The notes: generated by a model from the sequence alone, not told the origin. A DNA stretch of 64,000 nt from Clostridia bacterium (GCA_017935065.1 JAGBIF010000019.1:64985-128984); one strand, 5' to 3'. Counted from the first letter of the stretch, positions 54,454 through 63,918 are shown. Numbers and translations: made by a program.

Positions 54454-56123
54454 TCAAAGTTTGCACGTGTGCTTTTAGGTACGTATTCGTATTTCGGATC
54501 CCCCAGAATAAAGTCGCTCTCGTAGACGTACGGCGGCTTGTTATCCTTGGAAAGCTCGGGGCACATATAGTATCTTTCGAGGCGCGACCAGGTAACGTCC
54601 GAGTTCATTCTCGTAATGATGCACTCGCCTACCGCAAGGCAGGAAAGCGTGCTTACGGGAATTACGGGTATGGTTTCCTTCTGGTACTGAGCGATATGCT
54701 CACCCTCGCCGTTGACCGCGGACATAGCCGAGTATATCGTATGCTCTCCGCACTCGTGTGAAAACTCCTTCTTCGTCTCGGGGTTATTAGTGCCGAGGAA
54801 TACGTGCATATTAAGGTTATCCTTTATTATCTTCGCGTTGTTCTGTCCGTATACGTTATCAAGCTGGGCATAGGACTGTATAATCAGCCAGAACCAGATG
54901 TTACGTCCTCCGCAGGCGGTAATTACGCTGTCAAAGTCATTGAACTTTGGCATATTTCCGAACTCGTCAAGCACGAAGTAGAAGGGACTTTTTCTGGGAC
55001 GGTTGCCATTTTGCCTTGTCATATTGATAAGGTTTTTGTAAAGGTCGGTGAGGAAAAGTCCGATAATATCATAGTAAAGCTTGGTCTCGTCCTTCATCGC
55101 GATAAACACGGCACAGGGCTGCTTATCATCGTCGAAGTCGGAAAAGCTGAAGGTGTTGGCGCAGGTTATCTGTCTTATCGCACCGTCGTTTATCTTCGTC
55201 ATAGCGGTGGCAAGGGTACTCATATAGCCGTCCTTTGTCACCTCTGCCTTGATAAACATAAATCTCTGCACCAAGCGGTAGGCAATAGAGGTATTCTTGT
55301 CGCGCCTGTCAAAGTATTCATCGGTAAACGCATTATCCGCCCTGCCTATTCTGTCATATATTTCAAGAAGGGTGCTGAGCGAGAAGGTATCCCTTGTGAT
55401 GACGGTATATTTATCGCTGGGCACGCTGTCTTCGAGCATTGAGAATATAAGTCCTTTGAAAATAGAACGCGCTCCGTTCATCCAGGACGCATCCTTATCC
55501 TGTGTGGGGGGGCACATAACGTTGGAAATCTCCTCAACCCTCGCCTGCACCTCGTAAAGTATGCTCTTACGCTCGGCATTTATCGCATAGGAAAGCCGTG
55601 TGTCATCGCTATATTTCTTTCCCCTGAATACACTATAATAATTGCCGTTCTCAAGAATGGCGTCAACCTCGTCCTCAACGTGCAGGTATCTCTGATAGAG
55701 GTCAAATATAGGCGTAAAGGGGTTCCATCTGTCGGACTCCGAGGGATTGACGAAGTTCAGAAGAATAATTCTGTAGCCCTGCTCGGCAAGCGTCGGGGCA
55801 AGCGAATCAAATATCTCAAGCTTAGGGTCGGTGAATACCATACTGCACTTGTTCTTTCTCGTAGCAAGAAAGCTGCCGTAGGGTATAACGAAGGACTGTG
55901 TCTTACCCGATCTTGTCGCGCCGATGGTGAGAACGTGCGTGTCGGGGACGGTGTTTACATAGAGCTTTCCGTCCTCCTTGCGCCTTATGGAAAGAGGTGT
56001 ACCCTCTACTACCGTCTCGGGAAGCTTATCCCACGGCACCGACTCGCCAAGGTAGGAATCAAGCTCGGTATAATGCACAACTCTTGTATTTTCATAATCC
56101 TTAAATACATCAATTTTTTTCAT
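54450..56123 (-). CDS. Soluble (TM-less) VirD4/TraG-family coupling-protein-like ATPase
   Basis: The ATG at 56123 follows the RBS gaggtg. Walker A GATRSGKT in the context HVLTIGATRSGKTQSFVIPY, then FTDPKLEIF and RWNPF. Walker B is FYFVLDEFGNMPKF, followed by WLIIQSYAQLDNVYG. The N-terminal 70 aa are hydrophilic with no TM helices. Confidence 0.8.
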   Translation of the reverse strand: MKKIDVFKDYENTRVVHYTELDSYLGESVPWDKLPETVVEGTPLSIRRKEDGKLYVNTVPDTHVLTIGATRSGKTQSFVIPYGSFLATRKNKCSMVFTDPKLEIFDSLAPTLAEQGYRIILLNFVNPSESDRWNPFTPIFDLYQRYLHVEDEVDAILENGNYYSVFRGKKYSDDTRLSYAINAERKSILYEVQARVEEISNVMCPPTQDKDASWMNGARSIFKGLIFSMLEDSVPSDKYTVITRDTFSLSTLLEIYDRIGRADNAFTDEYFDRRDKNTSIAYRLVQRFMFIKAEVTKDGYMSTLATAMTKINDGAIRQITCANTFSFSDFDDDKQPCAVFIAMKDETKLYYDIIGLFLTDLYKNLINMTRQNGNRPRKSPFYFVLDEFGNMPKFNDFDSVITACGGRNIWFWLIIQSYAQLDNVYGQNNAKIIKDNLNMHVFLGTNNPETKKEFSHECGEHTIYSAMSAVNGEGEHIAQYQKETIPVIPVSTLSCLAVGECIITRMNSDVTWSRLERYYMCPELSKDNKPPYVYESDFILGDPKYEYVPKSTRANFD

Positions 56124-56138
56124 TGCCGTCACCTCACC

Positions 56139-57767
56139 TTAAAAGCCGAATTTTACGGTGTTTTTGAGAACACCCTTCAGAACGAGAGTGAGACACTCAT
56201 CGTCAACGACACCGCTCTTATCCTCAAGCGCCATATACTTTACAATCTCGTCAATAGCATCCTCAATCTGCTCACAGGATTTACCCTTTAGCTTTTCTAT
56301 AACAGAAGAAGATAGAGTGACGTTTTCAATATCGTAGGCATCAAGGTAGCGCTCAAGAATTTCGTATATTACGCAGCCCTTCTCGGCATCGCTGATGGGG
56401 GCTAAGCGTATAACGTCGCAGTACTGCTCAAGCTCACCGTCAGGCTCGCTCTGTGAGAACAGAATAGGAAGTATTCCCGAAAGGTCAATTCCGACCGATG
56501 GCTGAAGAATACGGAAATGCGCTCTTGTGCCTGCGTCAAGGAATTTGCAAAGTGAGGGCATAAGTCCCGGATTGATTGCGTGAACAAAGTCTATCATAAA
56601 TACAGTAGACATAGTGCGGCTGATGGCAATCTCGCTGATAAACACGTTGCTCGTGCTTTGCGAGAAGGTATAATCCCCGAAGTGTCTTGCGTCAAGCACT
56701 CTTATGGGGTTTGCGCCCAGCGCTCTGCCGAGTGCGCGCTTGTATTCACCGAGCACAAAGGCATCTCTACAGACAAGCAGAAGCGGCTTGTAGTGCGGTC
56801 TTGCCCTGCCCTTGATGCCGACAAGGTTACTTTTTATTCTGCGAATCTCGTCCTCTCTTTTAATTGACATATCCGAGAACGCCCCTCTGTCCCAGGTCAT
56901 CGGGGTGGTAGCGTCGGCATAGGCGGGAATTCCGTCATAGTGCGCCATCGTATTCTTGTTATAGCTCTCAATTATCATCTTCTTATCAGACGGGGAAATT
57001 ACGCCCGAATAGATGATATGCTCAAAGGTGACGTCACAGATATTACGCTCGACCGCGCCGAGGCAGAAGGCACGCTCAAGAAGTGCGGAGCATTCGTCGC
57101 TTGCGGCCTCGCTGACACCGTATGCCTGACTTACGAGATCGGCAAGCTCCTTGGTGTCAGAGCCCTTGTCCGAGGCAAGTATTCTCGCGATACACTCCTG
57201 TGCGCGCGAGGGGTCGAAGTAGGCAAGGAAAAGGTTTGCGTCAAGGCTGTTCCATCTTGCCGCGTGATTAAGGTTTACAAGCGCGCGGCGGGGGTTCTTT
57301 CCAATAGCGTAGCCTGTATAATTGAGGAACGCAAGCCCTATCATCGCGATAATATTACCGACCGATATACCCTTGAGAAGCGCATCGGTAACGGCATCGG
57401 GGTTGAGGTTTTCTACCTCGGGAAGAATATCCTTGGCACAGCGAAGCGCAACACGCTTTGCCGAGAGGATGCGCTTATCGTCGGGTGTAAGCCCCGCGTC
57501 AATGCCTCTTACCTGCGCATACTCAAGCATACGGCAGGCACGCTCATACTCCTCAAGAGTATTCATATTGTAGTAGTCCTCAGAAAACGAAAGCTCACGG
57601 AAGCGGTCAAGCAGCTCCACGTCGTCAATGAGGTATATTTCAGCGAGCTTATTGAATATCTCAATATCCTCCGCTCTGCTTATAAGACCGCCAACGAGCG
57701 CCTCTAAAAGATAGGCGGTGCCGAGAAATTTTGAAAAAAGCTTATCCTTTGCTATCATTAAATTCAC
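56139..57767 (-). CDS. Sel1/TPR-like N-terminal half fused to a Clp-type AAA+-like module lacking Walker A/B residues
   Basis: 542 aa. Sel1-like region GLAFLNYTGYAIGKNPRRALVNLNHAARWNSLDANLFLAYF. The C-terminal half follows the AAA_2 layout: PLLLVCRDAFVLGEYKRALGRAL sits where GxxGxGKT is expected, VFMIDFVHAI sits where hhhhDE is expected, and a lid-like LAPISDAEKGCVIYEIL follows. Confidence 0.55.
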   Translation of the reverse strand: MNLMIAKDKLFSKFLGTAYLLEALVGGLISRAEDIEIFNKLAEIYLIDDVELLDRFRELSFSEDYYNMNTLEEYERACRMLEYAQVRGIDAGLTPDDKRILSAKRVALRCAKDILPEVENLNPDAVTDALLKGISVGNIIAMIGLAFLNYTGYAIGKNPRRALVNLNHAARWNSLDANLFLAYFDPSRAQECIARILASDKGSDTKELADLVSQAYGVSEAASDECSALLERAFCLGAVERNICDVTFEHIIYSGVISPSDKKMIIESYNKNTMAHYDGIPAYADATTPMTWDRGAFSDMSIKREDEIRRIKSNLVGIKGRARPHYKPLLLVCRDAFVLGEYKRALGRALGANPIRVLDARHFGDYTFSQSTSNVFISEIAISRTMSTVFMIDFVHAINPGLMPSLCKFLDAGTRAHFRILQPSVGIDLSGILPILFSQSEPDGELEQYCDVIRLAPISDAEKGCVIYEILERYLDAYDIENVTLSSSVIEKLKGKSCEQIEDAIDEIVKYMALEDKSGVVDDECLTLVLKGVLKNTVKFGF

Positions 57768-57795
57768 TCCTTAATTCATTTTGAAGCATAACGGC

Positions 57796-58326
57796 TTATA
57801 AAAAGCATCTTTTGTAGCTTTCAATAGCAGCGTTGATTACCTCTATTGCCTCATCTCTTGCCATAACCTCATCAACAGCGGTGGTCTTGTTTTCAAGGTT
57901 CTTGTAGACGGTGAAGAAGTGTCGCATCTCCTCAAAGATATGGCGAGGTAGGTCGCTTATGTCCTTATAGTTGTTGTAGGTAGGGTCGTTCATCGGTATG
58001 GCTATTATTTTTTCATCGCGCCTGCCGTTGTCTATCATATTGATAACTCCGATGGGATAAGCGCGCACGAGCGACATCGGCTCAAGTGGCTCGGAGCATA
58101 GAAGAAGCACGTCAAGCGGGTCGCCGTCATCGCCGTAGGTCCTCGGTATAAAGCCGTAGTTTGCGGGATAGTGAGTTGAGGTATAAAGAATTCTGTCGAG
58201 TATGATAAGTCCTGTTTCCTTGTCAAGCTCATACTTCTTTTTACTTCCCTTTGATATCTCAATTACCGCGATAAAATCCTCCGCCGAGATACGGCTCTCG
58301 GAAATGTCGTGCCAGATGTTTGCCAT
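57796..58326 (-). CDS. ppa: Family I inorganic pyrophosphatase
   Basis: 176 aa with [24 protein letters not shown] and the KIIAIP region. Confidence 0.9.
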   Translation of the reverse strand: MANIWHDISESRISAEDFIAVIEISKGSKKKYELDKETGLIILDRILYTSTHYPANYGFIPRTYGDDGDPLDVLLLCSEPLEPMSLVRAYPIGVINMIDNGRRDEKIIAIPMNDPTYNNYKDISDLPRHIFEEMRHFFTVYKNLENKTTAVDEVMARDEAIEVINAAIESYKRCFL

Positions 58327-58370
58327 ATACTTCTCCTTTTTGTAATCAGCCTTGAAAATTATGCGTAAAA

Positions 58371-60209
58371 TCAGCTTCCGCTGTCAATTTTATAGGTAGG
58401 AACCAGCTCTCTTACCAGCTCCTTCATTCTCTCGCTCTCGCCGTGCGCCGCCTCGTCAAGCTCGGTAAGCTTATCCCAGAGCGCATCCTCGTCCATAGGG
58501 ATGGGACGGGCAATACTGATAAGACCGTTTGGCGTCTTGGAAAGCCCCTCCTCTGCCATAAGGCGCTCCTCGTAGAGCTTCTCACCGGGTCTTAGCCCTG
58601 TTATCTTGATTTCAATATCGGTGTGAGGCTCGAAGCCCGTAAGCCTGATAAGTCTCTCGGCAAGGTCGTATATTCTCACCTGCTCACCCATATCGAGCAC
58701 GTAGATTTCGCCGCCCTTGGCGTACGCGCCCGCCTGAAGCACGAGGCTTACCGCCTCGGGTATGGTCATAAAGTAGCGGATGATGTCCTTATGCGTTACC
58801 GTAACGGGGCCGCCTGCCATAATCTGCTTTTTGAAAAGAGGTATAACCGAGCCGTTTGAGCCGAGCACGTTTCCAAACCTTACCGCAACAAAGCTCGTCT
58901 GCGAGCGCTTTGCGTACGCCTGGATTATCATCTCGCATATACGCTTGGTAGCACCCATAATATTCGTGGGGTTTACGGCCTTGTCGGTGGATATCTGCAC
59001 GAAGCGCGATACTCCGTGCTTATCGGCACAGCTTACGAGATTGTAGGTGCCGCAAACGTTGTTCTTTACCGCCTCACAGGGGCTGGTCTCCATAAGCGGC
59101 ACGTGCTTGTGAGCGGCGGCGTGGAATACTATCTCGGGCTTATATGTTTCAAAGACCGAGTCAAGCTTTTTCTTATCGCGTATCGAGGCTATAAGCGTGG
59201 TGATCTTAAGCTCGGGATGCAGGCGGATAAGCTCCTGCTCAATATCGTACGCGCCGTTTTCGTAAATGTCGAGAATAATGAGATGCGCGGGATTTTTAGT
59301 CGCGATCTGTCTGCAAAGCTCGCTTCCGATAGAGCCGCCGCCACCCGTGATTATAACGCGCTTGCCGCTGATATAGTTCATAACCTCATCAAGGTTTACC
59401 AGAACGGGATCGCGTCCCAAAAGGTCGGTAACGTCAACGTCACGAAGCTGAGATACCGATACCTTGCCGTTCATAAGCTGGTAAAGCCCAGGCATAACCT
59501 TTATCTCGCACTTGGTGCCGAGACAATGCTCGGTTATTCTCTTTATGTCGGAGGGCTTTGCGGTGGGGATAGCGACTATTATCATCTGCGCGCGCGTTTT
59601 GTCGGCAATACGTCTGATATCCACCGTACCTCCAAGCACTCTCACACCGCAGAGATAGGAGCCGTGGAGATCGGGGTTATCGTCTACTATTCCAACGGGA
59701 AGATAATTTATCTTATCGGTGGTCTGAAGCTCCTTCAGCACAGTAGTGCCCGCATCTCCCGCGCCGACGATGAGCACGCGCTTCATTCCTCTGGTAGCGT
59801 GGCGCCTGTAAACGGTCATAAGCATATCGTAAAGGCGTACGTAGCAGGTCGCGAAGGCTGCCGAGATGAAGAAAAACAGAGTTGTAGCAACAACCCACGC
59901 AAAGGACATATGCTCGTTAAAGATAAGAAGCACCAGGTTTATCGCGGCGGTAAAGACGACTATAATTATCGCCTTGAAAAGCTCCAGAAAGCTTGCGTGC
60001 CTGAAGGATGCCGAATGCAGGTGAAGTCCGAATATCGCGAGGATTATTAAGATCGAGCAGATCAGCACCGAGGTAAAGCCTACCGTGGTGTAGGAGCCAA
60101 GATCTCCGAAAATAAGAAGCGTCGAAAGGACGGTGGATGCAAGATAGGATATGAGATACGCGAAGAGAACGAGGGCAGTTTTCATCTTATGCTTCAGAAA
60201 GAATTTCAT
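58371..60209 (-). CDS. Membrane-anchored polysaccharide biosynthesis NDP-sugar 4,6-dehydratase (CapD/PglF/WbpM family)
   Basis: 612 aa with 4-5 N-terminal TM helices, [22 protein letters not shown] and [13 protein letters not shown]. Confidence 0.85.
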   Translation of the reverse strand: MKFFLKHKMKTALVLFAYLISYLASTVLSTLLIFGDLGSYTTVGFTSVLICSILIILAIFGLHLHSASFRHASFLELFKAIIIVVFTAAINLVLLIFNEHMSFAWVVATTLFFFISAAFATCYVRLYDMLMTVYRRHATRGMKRVLIVGAGDAGTTVLKELQTTDKINYLPVGIVDDNPDLHGSYLCGVRVLGGTVDIRRIADKTRAQMIIVAIPTAKPSDIKRITEHCLGTKCEIKVMPGLYQLMNGKVSVSQLRDVDVTDLLGRDPVLVNLDEVMNYISGKRVIITGGGGSIGSELCRQIATKNPAHLIILDIYENGAYDIEQELIRLHPELKITTLIASIRDKKKLDSVFETYKPEIVFHAAAHKHVPLMETSPCEAVKNNVCGTYNLVSCADKHGVSRFVQISTDKAVNPTNIMGATKRICEMIIQAYAKRSQTSFVAVRFGNVLGSNGSVIPLFKKQIMAGGPVTVTHKDIIRYFMTIPEAVSLVLQAGAYAKGGEIYVLDMGEQVRIYDLAERLIRLTGFEPHTDIEIKITGLRPGEKLYEERLMAEEGLSKTPNGLISIARPIPMDEDALWDKLTELDEAAHGESERMKELVRELVPTYKIDSGS

Positions 60210-60301
60210 AAAAGCCTCCTTTGATGTCTATTCGGTCAAGCAACTTAGCGAGGATGCGGTTAAAAGTCACCCTCACCGAAAAGCCGTCTTTGTTATTCTT
60301 T

Positions 60302-60330
60302 ATTATATCAAATGTATATATAAAAGTCAA
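60302..60330 (-). promoter_or_regulatory. Near-consensus sigma-A promoter upstream of the CapD-like gene
   Basis: The minus strand reads TTGACT-17 nt-TATAAT. Confidence 0.6.
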
Positions 60331-60351
60331 TATCGCGAAAGAAAGTGTATC

Positions 60352-60395
60352 AAAAAAAGAGCTGTCTCAAATGCCGAATTAAAAGCATTTGAGAC
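60352..60395 (-). terminator. Rho-independent terminator of the 211-aa orphan gene
   Basis: 11-bp arms gtctcaaatgc / gcatttgagac, followed on the minus strand by a U-run. Confidence 0.75.
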
Positions 60396-60407
60396 AACCC
60401 CAATATA

Positions 60408-61043
60408 TTAATACTCGTCAACACCGAGAAGCCTGCAAAGTCCTGAGAAATCATGCGGGAATACACCGTTTCCCTCATAAAATCTCGGCGCGATACCGTC
60501 GTTATACTCAACGAGAAGGCGCCATCTCACAGGCTCGCTGAAGCCCGTACCGTAATGCTCGGGAAGATAGCAGTCACGCCAGGCACCGATGTCAAGCGCT
60601 GATATTTCCTTTAAGAAATTAGCGCGGTCCAGCGATATTTCAACCGATTCTATTCCGCGACAGACGCGAGTAAGCAAGGCTCTGTCGGGGTAAAGTCTGA
60701 CCTCGTAGAAGCTGTCGAGGTATATACCGATAGTAAGCGATATTTTTCTGATTGACTGTAAATTATCGGCAAAATCCTTTGCCATCAGCTCGGTATCGGT
60801 AAGCTCATCCTCCTCGCCGAGTAAAGAGAGCGCCTCCCTTGCCTCGGAAAGATATCCAACGCAGGCACCAAGCTGATCACGCTCGGTCGGGAAGGGGTGC
60901 GTCTCATAGGGGTATGAGGGCGACTCCATCTTATACTTCAATCTTTCAATTTCGCTCTTCAGCTTTTTTATCTCTCCTCTTACAGCTTGCGCATCCTTAC
61001 CGTCAAGATACATATCACGGTAAATATCCTTGCTCAGTAGCAT
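60408..61043 (-). CDS. Hypothetical protein (211 aa), N-terminal coiled-coil
   Basis: Monocistronic, with its own promoter, RBS ggagatga and terminator. No family was recognised. Confidence 0.6.
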   Translation of the reverse strand: MLLSKDIYRDMYLDGKDAQAVRGEIKKLKSEIERLKYKMESPSYPYETHPFPTERDQLGACVGYLSEAREALSLLGEEDELTDTELMAKDFADNLQSIRKISLTIGIYLDSFYEVRLYPDRALLTRVCRGIESVEISLDRANFLKEISALDIGAWRDCYLPEHYGTGFSEPVRWRLLVEYNDGIAPRFYEGNGVFPHDFSGLCRLLGVDEY

Positions 61044-61102
61044 AAGATCATCTCCATTTCTTTACGACACTAGCAGAGACCCCTCTGCTATATAATAAAT
61101 AT

Positions 61103-61131
61103 ATTATATCACTATGAAAAAACATTGTAAA
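61103..61131 (-). promoter_or_regulatory. Sigma-A-like promoter with extended -10 for the orphan gene
   Basis: The minus strand reads TTTACA-17 nt-TGaTATAAT. An 8-bp hairpin (tagcagag/ctctgcta, 61071-61090) lies in the 5' UTR. Confidence 0.55.
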
Positions 61132-61325
61132 GATGAACGGGTGCCAAAGTTTTTTGTGCATTTTATATAGTTTTTTAATATTTTTTCAAGTATTTACTTT
61201 GCAGGTTGCAAAAAGCGACTATTATTTACAAAATCTTACGGTCTGTGATATTACATATTTTTGATCAAGCTGAATAACGCGCCTTGAACTTGACAATACT
61301 AAAGAAAAAAAGAAAGGAAAGGATT

Positions 61326-61781
61326 ATGATACTGACAGAAAAGGAACGCGGGCTTCTTAACGATATGAAATCACAGGAGGAGCTTTGCATCAAGAAATAT
61401 GAAAAATACGAAAGAGAGGCTAAGTGCCCATCACTCTCGGGGCTGTTCTCAACTATCAAGAGCGCAGAGTGTACGCATCTTGCCTCGGTAAATTCAATGC
61501 TTTCGGGAAACGAGCCCGAATCCCCCGCCCCGATTTCCGCCAACAACTCCGAGGCGGTAGCCTGCTCTTATGAAAATCAGGCGGATAAGGATGCCGACTG
61601 TATGCTGCTTTCGGATATGCTTGCTATGGAAAAGCACGTTTCGGCGCTTTACAATACGGGGATATTCGAGTTCTGCTCGCCTAAGGTGCGCAAGATGCTC
61701 AATCACATTCAATCGGAGGAGCAGCAGCACGGCGAGTGGATGTACGCCTATATGAAGGCAAACGGAATGTATAACGCATAA
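61326..61781 (+). CDS. cotF: Spore coat protein, CotF-like (ferritin-like fold)
   Basis: The ATG at 61326 follows aaaggaaagga. The two halves carry LTEKERGLLNDMKSQEELCIKKYEKY and DMLAMEKHVSALYNTGIFEF ... EEQQHGEWMY. Confidence 0.65.
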   Translation: MILTEKERGLLNDMKSQEELCIKKYEKYEREAKCPSLSGLFSTIKSAECTHLASVNSMLSGNEPESPAPISANNSEAVACSYENQADKDADCMLLSDMLAMEKHVSALYNTGIFEFCSPKVRKMLNHIQSEEQQHGEWMYAYMKANGMYNA

Positions 61782-61814
61782 GGCGTGCCTTCTTAATGAT
61801 TTCAAAAAAGCTGT

Positions 61815-61840
61815 GGGTGAGAGGCAGTTGCCTCTCACCC
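61815..61840. terminator. Shared convergent terminator hairpin
   Basis: 10-bp arms gggtgagagg / cctctcaccc. The U-run is clear on the minus strand (cagctttttt) and weak on the plus strand. Confidence 0.6.
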
Positions 61841-61865
61841 ATATTAATACTATAATTTGTAAATA

Positions 61866-62819
61866 TTAATTTTCAAAAATGATATCTACATCGCCGCTTG
61901 CGGTATCGAACTCAAATACGTGATTTACAGTTCCCTGCTCGTTGTAGCGGTTTCCTTCAATCTCTCTTCCGTCTCTAATAACCGTCATCTCACCGCTTGC
62001 CGCATCGTGCACTGCACTGACACCGACAGTACCCACGGGAAGCCTTACGGTTATATCACCGCTTGCCGAATCAAATGATAGCCTTTTCGGTGCGGCGAAG
62101 ATATTGGCGTCACCCGAGGCGGTATCCATTTCAAAATTATTAACCTCACCTGAAAGTTCGGCGTCACCCGATGCAGTGTCTATCTCAACTTCACCGAATT
62201 TACCCGAGAGCGAAACGTTCCCCGATGCCGTATCAATAGCCACGTCGTCGACATCAACCATTGATAACGTGACCGAGCCTGACGCCGTATCTATATCGAC
62301 CTCATCAAAGGCGGCTAACACCGCCGTGACCTGACCTGAGGCGGAGTCAAAGTCGAGTTTCTTCGCTCTTATATTATCGAGCGTGACGTCAGCACTCGCC
62401 GTGTCGATCTCTACCGTATCAAGCGATTTGGGTATATAGATAGTAAGGGTCTTATTGGGAATTCCTTCAAAGAAACTGACTTTCGACTTGCTGAACTTAA
62501 CGTGAAGAGTCCCGTTCAAAAGTCTTGTATGGACGGCATTCTCTTCACTGTCTGCACCCGTTTCAACAAGGTTCACGGTATCGCCGTCATATTTTACTAT
62601 CTTCACAGTCCCCTGCCTGTAATCTATTTTAAGAGAGGATACCGTATCGGTGCTATGTTCGGTATTTCCTGCCGTGTAGAGTTCTGCGTCTTTGTAGGTC
62701 AAATTAAGTATCATAAACGATGCACCCTCCTCGTTCGTTGCCATTGCGACTACCATAATCGCAAGACATACCAGAAGAGCAAGCGACCAAAGAACTATTT
62801 TAATTATGCTTTTTCTCAT
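61866..62819 (-). CDS. DUF4097-type beta-strand repeat protein with an N-terminal TM anchor
   Basis: 317 aa with ~9 repeats of the D(T/S)ASG(D/N/S)V unit. Confidence 0.75.
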   Translation of the reverse strand: MRKSIIKIVLWSLALLVCLAIMVVAMATNEEGASFMILNLTYKDAELYTAGNTEHSTDTVSSLKIDYRQGTVKIVKYDGDTVNLVETGADSEENAVHTRLLNGTLHVKFSKSKVSFFEGIPNKTLTIYIPKSLDTVEIDTASADVTLDNIRAKKLDFDSASGQVTAVLAAFDEVDIDTASGSVTLSMVDVDDVAIDTASGNVSLSGKFGEVEIDTASGDAELSGEVNNFEMDTASGDANIFAAPKRLSFDSASGDITVRLPVGTVGVSAVHDAASGEMTVIRDGREIEGNRYNEQGTVNHVFEFDTASGDVDIIFEN

Positions 62820-63324
62820 TGTCCTCTCTCCTTTTCTCTATTATTTCAAATGTCACGTCAAGAATATTCTCCGCGAAGATGGCGCAGATAAAGAGAAGCC
62901 AGGTAAAGCCCCACATACCGCTGAGAAAGCTTACGATGAGGTAGATGGGTACAACGCTGCCCCATATTATTTTTCTGCCTATCTTCTGTCCGAAGGGAAG
63001 ATTTTTATCTTCGTCCTCTTCGTTATCTTCGCTCTCCTTTTTCGCCTTTTTCTTTCCCTCGTTCTTATCAAGAACTGCCTCGAATGCATATCCCGCAAAT
63101 GACACGCCTTCTTTTTGCCTTATTTCTTCTATAAGCGGGCGGACGTCTCCTATTGAGGAAATTGCCGTATCGTACGCCTCCCTCTCACTCTTGCCGAGCG
63201 AGAGAGCATCCTCAAAGCGCATCATACAGTTCTGCATAATCTCCTCCTTGAGGTCAACGCTCTCACGGCAAAGAGGCGCGCCCTCAAACAAATTATCTAT
63301 GTAAGCCTTAATTTCAGTTTTCAT
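62800..63324 (-). CDS. DUF1700/HAAS-type membrane protein (permease prefix domain)
   Basis: Start MKTEIKAYIDNLFEGAP..., an acidic linker and two C-terminal TM helices. This is the typical partner of a PadR regulator. Confidence 0.65.
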   Translation of the reverse strand: MKTEIKAYIDNLFEGAPLCRESVDLKEEIMQNCMMRFEDALSLGKSEREAYDTAISSIGDVRPLIEEIRQKEGVSFAGYAFEAVLDKNEGKKKAKKESEDNEEDEDKNLPFGQKIGRKIIWGSVVPIYLIVSFLSGMWGFTWLLFICAIFAENILDVTFEIIEKRREDNEKKHN

Positions 63325-63346
63325 TTTGCTTTCCTCTCTATGCTCA

Positions 63347-63670
63347 TTAATTAACAAGTTTATCAATTATATCTCGTGTTCTGTTCCAATATGCGAGCTG
63401 CTTTTCATATTCCAGCCTGCCGCTGTCGGTGATTTTGTAATACTTTCGTCTGGCGCCCGAGTCCTCGTCTCCCCAATAGGATTTGATAAAGCCACTCTCC
63501 TCAAGTCGCTTGAAGGCGGTATAGAGCGTCGCCTCCTTAAGCTCAAGCTCACCCTGACTTATGTCGGTGATGTGCTTGTTGATATTGTAGCCGTAATCAT
63601 CCTTTTTCATAAGAAGAGAAAGTATTATCGCGTCGGTGTGGCCTCTTACTATATCCGAAGTTAATACCAT
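63347..63670 (-). CDS. PadR family transcriptional regulator
   Basis: 107 aa. GHTDAIILSLLMKKDDYGYNINKHI...LKEATLYTAFKRLEESGFIKSYW...RRKYYKITDSG. Confidence 0.88.
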   Translation of the reverse strand: MVLTSDIVRGHTDAIILSLLMKKDDYGYNINKHITDISQGELELKEATLYTAFKRLEESGFIKSYWGDEDSGARRKYYKITDSGRLEYEKQLAYWNRTRDIIDKLVN

Positions 63671-63701
63671 TTCATCACTCCTTTTCTTCATTTGTATATA
63701 T

Positions 63702-63730
63702 ATTGTAACACAAGATACCTCGCCTGTCAA
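63702..63730 (-). promoter_or_regulatory. Sigma-A promoter of the PadR operon
   Basis: The minus strand reads TTGACA-17 nt-TACAAT, ~30 nt upstream of the padR start. Confidence 0.65.
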
Positions 63731-63918
63731 GGTATTTCAGAAAAATTAATATATAAAAATGCGTAACTTGAGAAGCGCCCGTCTTATAGCATAAAAGGGA
63801 GAATGAGTCCGCGCAATTCAGCCGACTCATTCTCCCACAGATTGGGAATATTCGTAAAACGCAATTCACAGCAAGGCAAACCGAAAGTCCGACTTTTGTT
63901 ATAGTGAGAGCCTTGCGT

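Noticed and set aside
53171-57767. The VirD4/TraG-like gene as evidence for an integrative conjugative element or plasmid remnant (a mobile_element call)
   Set aside because: No integrase or recombinase, relaxase, VirB4/VirB11, pilus or replication genes occur in the 64 kb. There are no flanking direct repeats or a tRNA target. The ATPase lacks the membrane anchor of true coupling proteins. It is kept as a finding, not as a mobile element.
59016-60050. 344-aa ORF antisense to the CapD-like gene
   Set aside because: It is a shadow ORF, since the opposite strand carries unmistakable Rossmann/CapD motifs.
61200-61325. A sporulation sigma factor (sigma-K/E/G) promoter in front of cotF
   Set aside because: Only loose matches were found (GAATA-N17-CAATACTA and CATATTTT). 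These are not good enough to call without a position weight matrix.
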